Shown: positions 1 to 10,245 of the stretch, in pieces
Position numbering within the stretch: position 1 is the stretch's first letter
How the letters are laid out: every line of letters starts with the position of its first letter
NCBI GenBank assembly: GCA_050251055.1
Contig: JBFWNL010000010.1
Span: 65,833-129,832, forward strand
Origin: Bacteriovoracia bacterium
GTDB lineage: Bacteria; Bdellovibrionota; UBA1018; JBFWNL01
Length of the DNA stretch: 64,000 nucleotides
Reading direction: 5' to 3'
The notes under the pieces: model-generated
What the model saw: the letters and a program-made list of their open reading frames with translations, nothing else
Database searches by the model: none
Told to the model about the DNA's origin: nothing
Translations under genes and position numbers: made by a program

Positions 1-319
1 TCAACGGTACTCCATCGGACCACTTCACGCCGGGACGCAGTTTAAAGGTATAAGTCTTCCCGTCCTGACTGCGCGTCCAGGTCTGGGCGAGCGCCGGCGC
101 CACGCGCATGTCCTGGTCGAAGCTCACCAACCCCTCCATGAGGTTCATGAGCACGTAAGTTTCGATATTGGTATGGGCAAGGTTCCAGTCGAGCGTGGCC
201 GGTTCGCCCGACAAACGGAAAGTAAAAGTATAAGGATTGACCGTGGGCGAAGGAGACGGCGAAGCCGAAACGAAAAGCAAGCCGACGGCCGCGAAGAGAA
301 AGCGGGGCGTGAGTCGCAT
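1..319 (-). CDS. ABC transporter substrate-binding protein, family 5 (OppA/DppA-like), 5' part; runs off the window edge
   Basis: Manual translation from ATG at 319: MRLTPRFLFAAVGLLFVSAS...GEPATLDWN...LMEGLVSFDQDMRVAPALAQTWTRSQDGKTYTFKLRPGVKWSDGVPL, the SBP_bac_5 N-terminal signature. The start overlaps the fdx stop (TAATG). Confidence 0.9.
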   Translation of the reverse strand, partial: MRLTPRFLFAAVGLLFVSASPSPSPTVNPYTFTFRLSGEPATLDWNLAHTNIETYVLMNLMEGLVSFDQDMRVAPALAQTWTRSQDGKTYTFKLRPGVKWSDGVPL

Positions 320-612
320 TATTCCAAATTTACAACTTCGACGACCACATCGCCACGAATTTTAGACTGGCAAGCCAGCCTCGATTGCGGCGTCATGCCC
401 GTGGCGCGATCCATCCGCTCCTCTTCCTCGTCGCCCATGGGTTCCAGATTCTCCGCGCCCTGCTTTACCTGCAGGTGACAGGTCGTGCAGGCGCAAAACC
501 CGCCGCAAGCGTGTTGAATGGGAATGTCATGATTGAGCGCCACTTCGAGGACGGTTTCGCCGGCGGAGGCCTCGCAGACTTGATTCATCGGCATGAAAGT
601 AATTTTAGGCAT
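319..612 (-). CDS. fdx: ISC-type 2Fe-2S ferredoxin
   Basis: HACGGFCACTTCH and SRLACQ motifs; lies after hscA. Confidence 0.95.
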   Translation of the reverse strand: MPKITFMPMNQVCEASAGETVLEVALNHDIPIQHACGGFCACTTCHLQVKQGAENLEPMGDEEEERMDRATGMTPQSRLACQSKIRGDVVVEVVNLE

Positions 613-620
613 ACGCGCTC

Positions 621-2531
621 TCAGATGCTCCTCTTGGTTTCACCCGACTGGGCCTGCTCCGCTTCTCGAATGGCTTCCTGGATCAGCAATTCTGCCAATC
701 GCGTCGTTACTTCACTCACCTTTTCGGAAGCTTGACCGATTTGGGCCGGGGTACCGGCCTCCATCGCGTGCCGTAGCTCCGCGACCCCCTCCTCAATCGC
801 ACGGGCCTGCGTGGCTGGCAATAGCCGATGTGCGTCAGGGAGTTTTTTAGATGCCGCGCGCAACACAGGCTCGTGCTTGTTGCGCGCGTCGACGAGTTCT
901 CGATAGGCCTGGTCTTCCTGCCGGTGCGAGACGGTGTCCTTCAAAATGCGTTCGATTTCAGCGTCGTTCAAGCCGTAGCTCGGGCGGACTTCCACCGCGT
1001 TGATTTTTCCCGTGGCTAAATCTTGAGCCGACACCTGGAGAATGCCGTCGGCGTCGACCATGAACGTGACTTCCACGCGCGGACGCCCCGCGGTCATGGG
1101 CGGGATGCCCGCGAGCTTGAAGCGCGCGAGCGAGCGGTTGTCGGCGACGTTCTCGCGCTCGCCTTGGAGCACGTGAATGTCGACGGCGGTCTGGTGATCG
1201 ACGAAGGTCGTGAACGTTTCACGCGCCGAGGTCGGAATCTTGGTATTGCGTGGAATAAGGGCGGACATCACGCCGCCGTAAGTCTCAATACCCAGCGAGA
1301 GCGGAACCACGTCGAGCAAAAGCAAATCGGGATTGTTGCCAGCTAAAATATCCGCTTGGATAGCCGCACCCTGGGCGACCACTTCGTCGGGATGGAGCGA
1401 AGTATTCGGCGCGCGTCCGAAGATCGCGGCCGCCTTCGCTTGCACAGCCGCGAGCCGGGTCGGCCCGCCCACGAGCACCACGTCGGTCAGGTCTTCCTTA
1501 CGCAGACCCGCGTCGCGTAACGCCTGCTCACAGGGCGCCTGGGTGCGGTCGACGAGCGGCGCGATCAGGCGTTCGAACTCGGCGCGGGACATAGGATATT
1601 CGCAGCGCAAAGTACCGGACTCGCACTTGAACTTTGCCTCCGCCTGCGCGGAAAGCGCGATCTTCAGGCGCTCCGCCGCCCCAAGGACTTCAGCGCGCAA
1701 CTGGGGATCCGCATGCACGTCGATATTTAAATCCTTTTGGATGCGCTGGCCGAAGTGCTTCAGGAGCGCGAAATCAAAGTCGTCGCCGCCGAGCGCTGTA
1801 TCACCGTTGGTCGAGAGCACTTCAAAGACCCCGTCCTGCAGCTTCAGAATGGAAACATCGAAGGTCCCGCCGCCCAAATCGAACACCGCGATCGTGCCTT
1901 CGCGTTTGCGATCCAGGCCGTAAGCGAGCGAAGCCGCAGTCGGTTCGTTCAAAATGCGCAAAACCTCCAAACCGGCGATGCGACCCGCCAGTCGGGTGGC
2001 CTGGCGTTGCGAATCGTTGAAATAGGCTGGCACCGTCACCACGGCCTTGCGCACGGGCTGCTTCAACGCCGCCTCGGCCGCCGCGCGCAGCTCACGCAAG
2101 ATCAGCGCGGAAACTTCCACGGCTGACCGCACCTGGCCACCCACGCGGATGCCCAGGCTGCCGTCGATCGCGCCTATTTCGTACGGAAGCGCTTCGGACT
2201 CCGTGAGATCTTCAAGCTTCCGACCAAGCAGGCGCTTCACGGAAAAAGCCGTTTCCTTCGGATTGATCGTCTTTAGGCGCTTGGCCGCGGCGCCGATTTG
2301 GGCCCCGGCCACGTTCGCCGAACTCCCCAAACTCCCCAAACTCCAAGACACCACGCTCGGTAGCAGGTTTCCCCCGCCGCGAACAGGCAACACGCGCGGT
2401 TCCCCGCTCGCCCCAGGCCCGGTTCGGAAAACATAAGCCACGAGGCTGTTCGTCGTACCGAGATCAATGCCCACGATCGGTTCCTTGTCCTGTTCGGGTC
2501 GGCGGATGTCGCGCTCGAGCTGGATCACCAT
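621..2531 (-). CDS. hscA: Fe-S assembly Hsp70 chaperone HscA
   Basis: [43 protein letters not shown] motifs; isc operon context. Confidence 0.95.
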   Translation of the reverse strand: MVIQLERDIRRPEQDKEPIVGIDLGTTNSLVAYVFRTGPGASGEPRVLPVRGGGNLLPSVVSWSLGSLGSSANVAGAQIGAAAKRLKTINPKETAFSVKRLLGRKLEDLTESEALPYEIGAIDGSLGIRVGGQVRSAVEVSALILRELRAAAEAALKQPVRKAVVTVPAYFNDSQRQATRLAGRIAGLEVLRILNEPTAASLAYGLDRKREGTIAVFDLGGGTFDVSILKLQDGVFEVLSTNGDTALGGDDFDFALLKHFGQRIQKDLNIDVHADPQLRAEVLGAAERLKIALSAQAEAKFKCESGTLRCEYPMSRAEFERLIAPLVDRTQAPCEQALRDAGLRKEDLTDVVLVGGPTRLAAVQAKAAAIFGRAPNTSLHPDEVVAQGAAIQADILAGNNPDLLLLDVVPLSLGIETYGGVMSALIPRNTKIPTSARETFTTFVDHQTAVDIHVLQGERENVADNRSLARFKLAGIPPMTAGRPRVEVTFMVDADGILQVSAQDLATGKINAVEVRPSYGLNDAEIERILKDTVSHRQEDQAYRELVDARNKHEPVLRAASKKLPDAHRLLPATQARAIEEGVAELRHAMEAGTPAQIGQASEKVSEVTTRLAELLIQEAIREAEQAQSGETKRSI

Positions 2532-2533
2532 CG

Positions 2534-3175
2534 CTAACGCCCCTTCACCCGCGCGAGATCCCGCGCGAGCGACTCCAGGTAATTTCCGCGATCGCGCACC
2601 CGGGCGATCGCCGCTAAAGCCGGTCGTCCGGGCTGACGATCGTACTCCGTACGCAAGCGCACGATCTCCGCCTGACCCTGCTCACGAAGTGCCGCGAGCT
2701 TCGCCTCGAAAGCCGCCACGTCCGCGCGCGCCGCCGCGGGGTCGTCCATCATTTTTTCCTGCAGCTCAAACCAGGCTTCGGCCAAATCCATGGGAATGTC
2801 CGTGGGACGACCACCGCCGGTGGCCAACAGCCCCTCTCCCTTGAGCAAGTACTCCGTCAGCTTCTCGGGATCTTTTAAAGTCTGGTAGGCTTGGTTCACG
2901 AAGCTCATCCATTCAAGCGAACGTCCCCGCGCCTCCGTGTCCGCCTGGGCGAACCGGTCGGGGTGCAATGCACGCGACAGGCGATAAAATTCTTTCTCGA
3001 GCGCCGGGCGATCCTGGGCGAAAGACCGCGCCACCCCAAACAGCGCGAACGGATCACCGTCTAAGCCACTTAAGGCGGAGGGGCAAGCCCGGGGAAATCC
3101 GCAGGCGCAAACAATGCCGTCGGAAGGCTGGCCGCAGCGCTCGCAATTAAGTGGAGAAACTCGTACCGCAACCAC
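2534..3175 (-). CDS. hscB: J-domain co-chaperone HscB with N-terminal Cys motif; start uncertain
   Basis: LHPDRF J-domain, [11 protein letters not shown]; between iscA and hscA. Confidence 0.9.
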   Translation of the reverse strand: MVAVRVSPLNCERCGQPSDGIVCACGFPRACPSALSGLDGDPFALFGVARSFAQDRPALEKEFYRLSRALHPDRFAQADTEARGRSLEWMSFVNQAYQTLKDPEKLTEYLLKGEGLLATGGGRPTDIPMDLAEAWFELQEKMMDDPAAARADVAAFEAKLAALREQGQAEIVRLRTEYDRQPGRPALAAIARVRDRGNYLESLARDLARVKGR

Positions 3176-3476
3176 ACGTACGCTTCGCGTTCGGATTCGA
3201 GAACACGAACCCGCGGCCTTCGAGACCGTCGGTGAAATCGAGCTCGGTGCCCGCCAGGAACAGGGAGGACTTCGCGTCGATGATGACCTTCACGCCGCCC
3301 TTTTCGATGGTCTTATCGGTTTCCGCGGGAGGCTGTTTGTCGAAACCCAGCTTGTAGCTCATGCCCGAGCAACCGCCGCCCACGACCATAACGCGCAAAT
3401 AGGTATTCTCGGCATCGGGTTCCGCCGCTTGAATGCGCTTGATCTCGCTGACTGCCTTGTCCGTGAGTTGAATCAT
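3147..3476 (-). CDS. iscA: A-type Fe-S carrier IscA
   Basis: GGGCSGMSY and TCGCGTSF motifs; start at ATG 3476 overlapping the iscU stop (ATGA). Confidence 0.93.
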   Translation of the reverse strand: MIQLTDKAVSEIKRIQAAEPDAENTYLRVMVVGGGCSGMSYKLGFDKQPPAETDKTIEKGGVKVIIDAKSSLFLAGTELDFTDGLEGRGFVFSNPNAKRTCGCGTSFST

Positions 3477-3865
3477 GCCGATTCTCCTTTTTTCTTCAGG
3501 TAATCGCCAATGGCCGCCTTGATGGCGTCTTCGGCCAGTACCGAGCAATGAATCTTAATGGGAGGGAGCGCGAGCTCTTCCACGATCTGCGTGTTCTTGA
3601 TGGAAAGCGCTTCTTCGATAGTCTTGCCCTTGATCCACTCAGTGGCGAGCGACGAGCTAGCGATGGCGCTGCCGCAGCCAAAGGTCTTAAACTTCGCGTC
3701 GCGAATGATGTTGGTCTTCTCGTCGACTTCCACTTGAAGTTTCATCACGTCGCCGCACTCCGGCGCCCCGACCAGGCCGGTACCCACGTTGACCTTGCTC
3801 TTGTCGAGCGTGCCGACGTTCTTGGGGTTCTCGTAGTGTTCGATCACTTTGTTGGTGTATGCCAT
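3473..3865 (-). CDS. iscU: Fe-S scaffold IscU
   Basis: GAPECGDVMKLQ, FGCGSAIASSS, LPPIKIHCS. Confidence 0.97.
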   Translation of the reverse strand: MAYTNKVIEHYENPKNVGTLDKSKVNVGTGLVGAPECGDVMKLQVEVDEKTNIIRDAKFKTFGCGSAIASSSLATEWIKGKTIEEALSIKNTQIVEELALPPIKIHCSVLAEDAIKAAIGDYLKKKGESA

Positions 3866-3884
3866 ATACCTATCGCTGCCTCTC

Positions 3885-5099
3885 TTAGTGCTGCGTCCAC
3901 TGGACTGTCTTCAAATCAACGCCCTCTTTGACCATTTCGTAGAGGGGGGAAAGCTCGCGCAATTTCTTCGCCGCTTCCACGGTCCGTTTCACCACGTAAT
4001 CCACTTCTTCGTCCGTCGTAAATCGACCCAGGCTGAAGCGGATGCTGGTATGGGCCAAATCTTCGCCCACGCCGATGTTCCGTAATACGTACGATGGTTC
4101 CAAACTCGCCGATGTACAGGCCGAGCCGCTCGAAACCGCGATGTCCTTGATCCCCATCATCAAGGATTCGCCTTCGACGTAAGCGAAGCTGATGTTGAGG
4201 TTATTGTACAGGCGCTCGGTTGGATGACCATTCAAATAAAGCTCGTCGAGCTCGTTCTGGAAAGCTTTCCACATTTTATCGCGCAGGCCAGTGATGCGCG
4301 CACGGTCACGGTCGGCGTAGGTCATCATCAGTTCCGCGGCTTTGCCAAATCCGACAATCCCCGGCACGTTCAAGGTACCCGAGCGCATGCCGCGCTCGTG
4401 ACCGCCGCCATGAATGATGGGTGATAAACGCACGCGCGGGTTACGACGACGGATGTAGATGCCGCCGATGCCCTTGGGACCGTAAATCTTGTGCGCGGTG
4501 AGCGAGAGCAGGTCGATGCCCATCGCTTCCACATCGACCGGGGTCTTGCCCACGGCCTGCACGGCGTCGGTGTGAAAGATCACGCCGCGCGCTTTGCAAA
4601 GCTTGCCGATCTCGGCGATGCGGTTGATGGTGCCGATCTCGTTGTTGGCGAACATGACGGAGACGAGGATCGTCTTCGGGGTCATGGCCTTCTCCACGGC
4701 TTCCGCGCTGACTTGGCCGAACTTATCCACTGGCAGGTACGTCACTTCAAAACCGTGCGCCTGCAAGGAATGGCAGGTATCCAATACCGACTTATGCTCG
4801 ATGTTGGTGGTGATGATGTGGTTGCCCTTTTCCTTGTACATCTCCGCCACGCCGGTGAGGGCTAAGTTGTTGCTTTCGGTGGCGCCGCTGGTGAAGACGA
4901 TTTCCTTTTCGCTCGCGCCGATGAGCTTGGCGACTTGCGAACGCGCGAGATTGACCGCGGCTTCCGCCTTCCAGCCAAAAGCGTGGTTGCGGCTAGCGGC
5001 GTTGCCGAAATCCTCGAGGAAATAAGGCTTCATGGCCTCGAAAACCTCGGGGTCTACCGGGGTCGTCGCGTGATAATCCATATAGATGGGGAGCTTCAT
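3885..5099 (-). CDS. iscS: Cysteine desulfurase IscS
   Basis: [40 protein letters not shown]; start at 5099 overlaps the iscR stop. Confidence 0.97.
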   Translation of the reverse strand: MKLPIYMDYHATTPVDPEVFEAMKPYFLEDFGNAASRNHAFGWKAEAAVNLARSQVAKLIGASEKEIVFTSGATESNNLALTGVAEMYKEKGNHIITTNIEHKSVLDTCHSLQAHGFEVTYLPVDKFGQVSAEAVEKAMTPKTILVSVMFANNEIGTINRIAEIGKLCKARGVIFHTDAVQAVGKTPVDVEAMGIDLLSLTAHKIYGPKGIGGIYIRRRNPRVRLSPIIHGGGHERGMRSGTLNVPGIVGFGKAAELMMTYADRDRARITGLRDKMWKAFQNELDELYLNGHPTERLYNNLNISFAYVEGESLMMGIKDIAVSSGSACTSASLEPSYVLRNIGVGEDLAHTSIRFSLGRFTTDEEVDYVVKRTVEAAKKLRELSPLYEMVKEGVDLKTVQWTQH

Positions 5100-5584
5100 G
5101 CGCCAATGCTCCTTGCTTCGGTGGAGGCTGCCGCGGCCGCCGTAACTCCCGGCGCGGCATCGCGCGTGAGGGAGGCGAGCGTAATGCCCTTCAAGAAATC
5201 TCGAACCTGGGAATTTACCTCCGACAGAAAAGGATGGATGTCGCACTTGGCCGCATACTCGCAGCCTTTGTCGACTTGCTCCCCCGGACCCGGGCAGCAT
5301 TGCACGAGGCGCTGATCGCCTTCCATGAGCGCCAGGTATTCCGCGAGCGAAACCTGCTCCAAATTGCGATGCAACGTGTAGCCTCCGCGCGCGCCGTGGG
5401 CCGAGTTGATGAAGCCCTGCTCCTTCAACCGCTGCAAGGTCTTCGCCGTAATTTCAAAGGGAATGCGATAGGCGTCGGCGATCTCGCGCGCGCTCGTCAC
5501 ACCCTGTGGATCATGCAAGGAGCGTTGGCGAATGTGCTTCAATGCCATGAGGCCGTACTCAGAAGTTCGATTCATCTTCACCAT
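5096..5584 (-). CDS. iscR: Rrf2-family regulator IscR
   Basis: Winged HTH with SAHGARGGY and Cys/His cluster QCC...GC...KCDIH; first gene of the isc operon. Confidence 0.88.
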   Translation of the reverse strand: MVKMNRTSEYGLMALKHIRQRSLHDPQGVTSAREIADAYRIPFEITAKTLQRLKEQGFINSAHGARGGYTLHRNLEQVSLAEYLALMEGDQRLVQCCPGPGEQVDKGCEYAAKCDIHPFLSEVNSQVRDFLKGITLASLTRDAAPGVTAAAAASTEARSIGA

Positions 5585-5602
5585 AAAAGTAGACTTCCCA
5601 TT

Positions 5603-5663
5603 TACGACGGCTTGAGTCGTAGTTCAATCTTTATTATATACGATTTTAAAAGTCGTATTTCAA
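5603..5663 (-). promoter_or_regulatory. isc operon sigma70-type promoter with two palindromic Rrf2/IscR-type operators
   Basis: Minus strand TTGAAA (5663-5658) then TATATAAT (5640-5633). Palindromes TACGAC-N7-GTCGTA at 5603-5621 and TACGAT-N7-GTCGTA at 5639-5657. Confidence 0.7.
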
Positions 5664-5799
5664 GGAATTTAACCCCCAAGGGTCCACAAATCTGTATTTA
5701 AGCCGTTGAACTAAAAAGATAAAAGCTCCACTTACTTTATCAATTAATTAAATTGATTCGCTCTCTCAGTCTCTGCCCGGAGAAAACCGAAAAGGAAGC

Positions 5800-7233
5800 G
5801 TGAAGCCGTATCGGATCCACCTCATTTTTTGCCTCTTCGCCGTCATTGGGCTTAGCGAGAAAGCTTGGCCGCAAAACGCCACGACCCAATGCGTGACCGA
5901 CGGCATGAAGCAAGGATTGGGGGAGTTACCCCCCCCTCGCCCATACGCGCCCGTGGAGTTCACCGCGCCAACCCGAGCCTGGATCGAGCACGGCGTCGTC
6001 ATCCGTCCCCCCAATCAATTCGAGCGCGCCTCCAGTCAGGGAGAGTTCTATGCTCTCTGCGCCGAGCAAGGGGTGCCGATTCGGCCGAGCTCCCTCGGTG
6101 GCATCGATCCCGCCCAAGACCTTCGCATCGTGCGGGCGGTATGGAGCACCACCGAGGATTTCGCCGAAGATTTTGGACGCAACCTGGGTTTCGCGCCTAC
6201 GGAAGAAAACTACGCGCGCGTCCGCGGTATCTTGACTAACTTCCGCCAGCGGAACGGCAGCTTCGGCGGGCGCGAGCATCCTTTGCAGGCGAAGCTTCTG
6301 GCGGAATTGGCCGACGCGGGATTTCCAGCCTTTCGCGCGCCCGCGCCGGACGACGAAGTCGAAAGGATGATTTGGGAATCTTTTCTCCCGAGCTGGGTCC
6401 ACGCGCTCGACCCGCTGGCCGAGCTGGATCGAAGCCATGCGCGGTATGGAACGACCCGAACTCACGTGGACAAATTCCGCGAGAAATACGGATTCCCGCC
6501 CACGCGGGAAAACTTCAACCGGCTGGAGAAAATCGCCGAGGGTTTCGGCACCTTCCGGGAGCGGCCACGCGTGTGGCGCTTCCGGCCCTACGAATCGATC
6601 GCGGATTTCCCCGAATTTCCTCCCGAGCTGCCCCGGGAATACGCCGACGCATACCGGGGAATTCATTCGCTCTGGAACGACCCGGCGGCCCTTACTAGCG
6701 GAATGGACGAGATCCGAAAACGCGTTCGCGCCCGCATGGCCACCGGCCAGACCGAGGACCAAGCGATCGAGGCGATCCGCCTGGAGTTCGAGGCCAAGCA
6801 TGGCTTTGGAAAACCTTTGGACATCCAACGCATCCTGACCACCGAGGAGTGGGATCGGCTCGTAAAGGGCGGCAACCCTACCCGGGACGTGGAAGGCAGT
6901 CACAGTTTCGCTGGTAACGCGGGTTTCGGACAAAATGCCCACCGGAACCAATGGCTGCTCATCATGCTGGAGATGGAGCGAAATCCCGCACGCTTCGGTG
7001 GGCAAGCGCCCCTGGCGGGGAACTTGTATAAAAAACTGGCCGACGCGAGCTGGTTTGGAAAAATGAACTTCCCCCCCGATCCCGACATCCAAACCGATGT
7101 CTTCAACACCCAAAACCCGTGGTACCGGTTGTTCGACTACGTGACCCGAGACTCCGGCGTGGCCAACGCAGCCAATCCCTTTTATTTCAACGAGCTCTGG
7201 TGGAAGGCGACTGGCCTTTCGCCAAAAAATTGA
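5800..7233 (+). CDS. Secreted hypothetical protein; C-terminal domain possibly LirA/MavJ (DUF5636)-like
   Basis: 477-aa ORF with signal peptide; FEAKHGF...HRNQW...WYRLFD pattern. Confidence 0.6.
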   Translation: MKPYRIHLIFCLFAVIGLSEKAWPQNATTQCVTDGMKQGLGELPPPRPYAPVEFTAPTRAWIEHGVVIRPPNQFERASSQGEFYALCAEQGVPIRPSSLGGIDPAQDLRIVRAVWSTTEDFAEDFGRNLGFAPTEENYARVRGILTNFRQRNGSFGGREHPLQAKLLAELADAGFPAFRAPAPDDEVERMIWESFLPSWVHALDPLAELDRSHARYGTTRTHVDKFREKYGFPPTRENFNRLEKIAEGFGTFRERPRVWRFRPYESIADFPEFPPELPREYADAYRGIHSLWNDPAALTSGMDEIRKRVRARMATGQTEDQAIEAIRLEFEAKHGFGKPLDIQRILTTEEWDRLVKGGNPTRDVEGSHSFAGNAGFGQNAHRNQWLLIMLEMERNPARFGGQAPLAGNLYKKLADASWFGKMNFPPDPDIQTDVFNTQNPWYRLFDYVTRDSGVANAANPFYFNELWWKATGLSPKN

Positions 7234-7256
7234 CGTGCTCGAATACGCCGGCCGCG

Positions 7257-7284
7257 CGAAGTTTGCGCGGGACTTTGCCGATAA
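7257..7284 (+). promoter_or_regulatory. Putative sigma28 (FliA) promoter
   Basis: CGAAGTTT-N12-GCCGATAA, 20 nt upstream of ATG 7305. Confidence 0.65.
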
Positions 7285-7304
7285 GCCGTTGAAGGGGTCT
7301 ACCT

Positions 7305-7784
7305 ATGCCGACCAATACTCGGAAACGCACCCGGCTGTTCATGTTTCACAAGTTCCAGCACTGGTTCATCGTGAGCTTCACGCTGTATTCGGCGGTGTTT
7401 CTCATGATCCTGGGCGGGGCCCTGGCGCTTTGGTTCAACCTGATCGTGCGCGAGCTCCTGCGGGTTTCGGGCGTCCTAAGCGCCACGTTCACGGCCCAGA
7501 TTGAAAACTCGATGACGAAAGGCGCCTGGTTTATCGCCGGCGTCGTGGTGATCTTGATCGCCATCGCCGCCGGGCAGGCGATCTTATTCAGCCGCCGCAT
7601 CGCGGGCCCGCTTTTCGCGATTACGCGGCATCTAGAAAAATGCGAAGAGGAAGGCAAGCTCACGCCCCTGCACCTGCGCAAGAACGACATCCTTCACGAA
7701 ATCGAGGAACGCTTCAACGGCCTGGTCGCGAAGGTGAACGCGGAATCCCGGCCCTCCGCAACGCGGAGGCGCGGCGCGAAGTAA
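7305..7784 (+). CDS. Two-TM membrane protein with HAMP-like C-terminus
   Basis: Two hydrophobic helices, then SRRIAGPLFAITRHL...LRKNDILHEIEERFN, with no output domain. Confidence 0.8.
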   Translation: MPTNTRKRTRLFMFHKFQHWFIVSFTLYSAVFLMILGGALALWFNLIVRELLRVSGVLSATFTAQIENSMTKGAWFIAGVVVILIAIAAGQAILFSRRIAGPLFAITRHLEKCEEEGKLTPLHLRKNDILHEIEERFNGLVAKVNAESRPSATRRRGAK

Positions 7785-8461
7785 TGAAGAATTTTTTCTT
7801 CCTCGTCATCGTTCTGGGGCTCTTGGGCCTGGCGGCGTTCCGCTGGCTGTACAGCTCCGTCGAGGCCGATTTCGAAGAGGTCCACGAAACGATCGCCAAG
7901 GAATCGCTGCAGAGTGCGCGCAACATCGCGAAGGCAGGCGCGCAAAACAAGGACTCCCACCTCGTGAACAAAAATCTCGCCACTCCGGGAAAAACCGCGC
8001 CCACCCCCGGCCTCGCGCCCGGCCAACGCCACCCCGGATCGTCGCATCTGGGCGGGGAATCCAGCGTGCCCCAATACGTCCCGCCTCCCGGTGATACTGG
8101 CGAGGAGCCGTTCTCGGTCAACGATCACTACGGAAAATCCTATTGGTGCCGCGGGCACATCCCGCCCACCGTACGCGGCGGAAACAAGTGCGTCTACCCG
8201 AACGCGTGCTTCAGCTGCACGGGCTCGGAGATCATCATCCCCGAGGTGCCGGACGCCCACCCGTTCTGCAACGACGCCGAAGGCACGCTATCGGTGGCGT
8301 TTGACCTGCTGTGCTGCCCGCTTGGATTTAATGACGGTAAGCTCAACTGCCCGCGGCAGGCGGAGTGCTTCCAGGACACCGATGTTTCTTCGTGCCCGAT
8401 GCCGCCCGAGATGCAAAGCGTGCTGGATCAACCCAACTCCATTTACGTCGAGCAGGATTAA
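7784..8461 (+). CDS. Membrane-anchored hypothetical protein with Cys-rich C-terminal domain
   Basis: ATG overlaps upstream stop (TAATG); N-terminal TM, Pro/Gly linker, 10 Cys in the last ~105 aa. Confidence 0.75.
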   Translation: MKNFFFLVIVLGLLGLAAFRWLYSSVEADFEEVHETIAKESLQSARNIAKAGAQNKDSHLVNKNLATPGKTAPTPGLAPGQRHPGSSHLGGESSVPQYVPPPGDTGEEPFSVNDHYGKSYWCRGHIPPTVRGGNKCVYPNACFSCTGSEIIIPEVPDAHPFCNDAEGTLSVAFDLLCCPLGFNDGKLNCPRQAECFQDTDVSSCPMPPEMQSVLDQPNSIYVEQD

Positions 8462-8479
8462 TCCGGATCCTGCCGGAAT

Positions 8480-9682
8480 TTATCTTAAGATAGGAGAGGG
8501 ATCCTTCGCCAAATCCCGCGTGATGTTCTTCTGGTGCGCCTCGCTGGTGCCGCCGCCGATTTCAATCAGCTTGGCGTCGCGCCACAGCCGCTCCACCACG
8601 TACTCACCGACGTATCCGTAACCACCCAGCACTTGGATCGCGCGGTCAGCGACGTTTTTCGCCATGGCGGAGGCGACGAGCTTCACGGCGTCGGAATCCA
8701 CGCGATTGCCTTCGGAAGTAAGGGTCAGACGGCGGGCAACGTCGTAGACGTAGGTGCGCGCGGCCTTGTACTCGGCATAGCTCTCGGCGATGTGGCGCTG
8801 CATCTGTCCGAAGTGCGACAACTGCTTTCCAAATGCCGTGCGCTCGCCCGCATAGCGGTTCATCACTTCCAGGCTCCGGCGCGCGATCCCCAAGCTCATC
8901 GCCGCCAGAGTCAGGCGCTCGAGCTCGAGGTTGCGCATCATATGAATCATGGACTCGCCTTCCTTGCCCACGAGATTCGCGACGGGCACTTCGCATTGGT
9001 CAAACACGAGCTCGGCCGTGTTCGACGCGCGCATACCGAGCTTGTCCTTGATCTTTTGCCCCACCGAGTAACCTTTAAATCCTTTTTCCACGATGAACGT
9101 GGACAGCTTCTGGTCGGCGCCCGTCTTGGCGTAGACCCAGACCACGTCGGCCGGAGTGCCCGCTTCGTCGATCGTGCCATTGGTGATCCACATCTTGCGT
9201 CCGCTGAGCTGATAACCCGCGGCGGTCTGGGTCGCGGTGGACTTTAACCCCATCACGTCGGTGCCCACGTGCGGCTCGGACATCGCCATCGCGCCAATCC
9301 ACTCACCGCTGCAAAGTTTCGGGAGCAACCGCGCCTTCTGCGCCTCGCTCGCGTTGACCGAGATATTGTTCACGCAAAGCATCGCGTGCGCGAGGTAAGC
9401 CAGCGCAAAACCCGGATCGGAAGCCGAGATCTCCTCGTGGACGATAACCGCCGCCATCGCGTCCATGCCGGAACCACCGTGCTTCTCCGGCGCCGTAATC
9501 CCCAAAAAACCCAAACCGCCGAGTTTTCTAAACAGCGGTAGATTGAACTTCTCCTCGCGGTCGAACTTCATGGCCTGCGGCTCGATCTCGTTCTGCACGA
9601 ACCCGCGCGCGGTCTCGCGCAGCATGCGGTATTCCTCGGTGGGATTGAACAGGTCAAAACTGTGCAAGCGTACTTCGATCAT
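8480..9682 (-). CDS. ivd: Isovaleryl-CoA dehydrogenase-like acyl-CoA dehydrogenase
   Basis: GAMAMSEPHVGTD, KMWITNG, KLGMRASNTAELVF, QVLGGYGYVGEY, RDAKLIEIGGGTSE. Confidence 0.88.
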   Translation of the reverse strand: MIEVRLHSFDLFNPTEEYRMLRETARGFVQNEIEPQAMKFDREEKFNLPLFRKLGGLGFLGITAPEKHGGSGMDAMAAVIVHEEISASDPGFALAYLAHAMLCVNNISVNASEAQKARLLPKLCSGEWIGAMAMSEPHVGTDVMGLKSTATQTAAGYQLSGRKMWITNGTIDEAGTPADVVWVYAKTGADQKLSTFIVEKGFKGYSVGQKIKDKLGMRASNTAELVFDQCEVPVANLVGKEGESMIHMMRNLELERLTLAAMSLGIARRSLEVMNRYAGERTAFGKQLSHFGQMQRHIAESYAEYKAARTYVYDVARRLTLTSEGNRVDSDAVKLVASAMAKNVADRAIQVLGGYGYVGEYVVERLWRDAKLIEIGGGTSEAHQKNITRDLAKDPSPILR

Positions 9683-9689
9683 AAGTTCC

Positions 9690-10220
9690 TCAGCTCAAAT
9701 AGGGTCCGATTTTCTGTGCCTTACGGATAGCGTCGATCACCTCGCGGACGGCGCCCGCGCCGCCTTCGGACTTCGTGACGTAGTCCACGCGCTTTTTCAC
9801 CTCGTCCACCGCATGCGGCACGGTGGCGGAAAAACCCGCGCGCTCCAGTACCGGGATGTCGAAAAGCTCGTCTCCCATGTAGCCCACGTGCTCGGCCTTG
9901 AGGCCACGCGCAGACAAGATCTTCTCGAGCGCAATGAGCTTGTCTTCATTTCCACAATGATACTCGGTGATGCCGAGCACCTTCATGCGCTCGTGAAGAT
10001 CGTCGGATTCGCCCCCGCTGATGACGGCGATCTCAAACCCATTCTTCACCATGAGGCGGATGCCGTAGCCATCCTTGATGTGAAACACGCGGGTCCAACC
10101 CAGGCCCTTGAGCCAAAACACGCGCGCGTCGGTCATGATGCCGTCGACGTCCAAGATCAGCATCTTGAGCTTCTTCAACTTTTTCTGCATCGCGGGTGAC
10201 TTCAAGCTGCTCGCGGCCAC
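9690..10220 (-). CDS. kdsC: KDO 8-phosphate phosphatase
   Basis: HAD motif DVDGIMTD, YMGDELFD, GGAGAVREV. Confidence 0.93.
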   Translation of the reverse strand: MAASSLKSPAMQKKLKKLKMLILDVDGIMTDARVFWLKGLGWTRVFHIKDGYGIRLMVKNGFEIAVISGGESDDLHERMKVLGITEYHCGNEDKLIALEKILSARGLKAEHVGYMGDELFDIPVLERAGFSATVPHAVDEVKKRVDYVTKSEGGAGAVREVIDAIRKAQKIGPYLS

Positions 10221-10245
10221 GGTGTATTCCCCCCAAGTCCTAACT

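Noticed and set aside
2321-2344. 9-bp tandem repeat (AACTCCCCA, about 2.5 copies) in hscA
   Set aside because: In-frame SLG-SLG loop duplication; not a CRISPR array or phase-variation tract.
5926-7113. 395-aa minus-strand ORF
   Set aside because: Antisense to the 5800-7233 ORF, which has a signal peptide and a candidate promoter; no motifs of its own.
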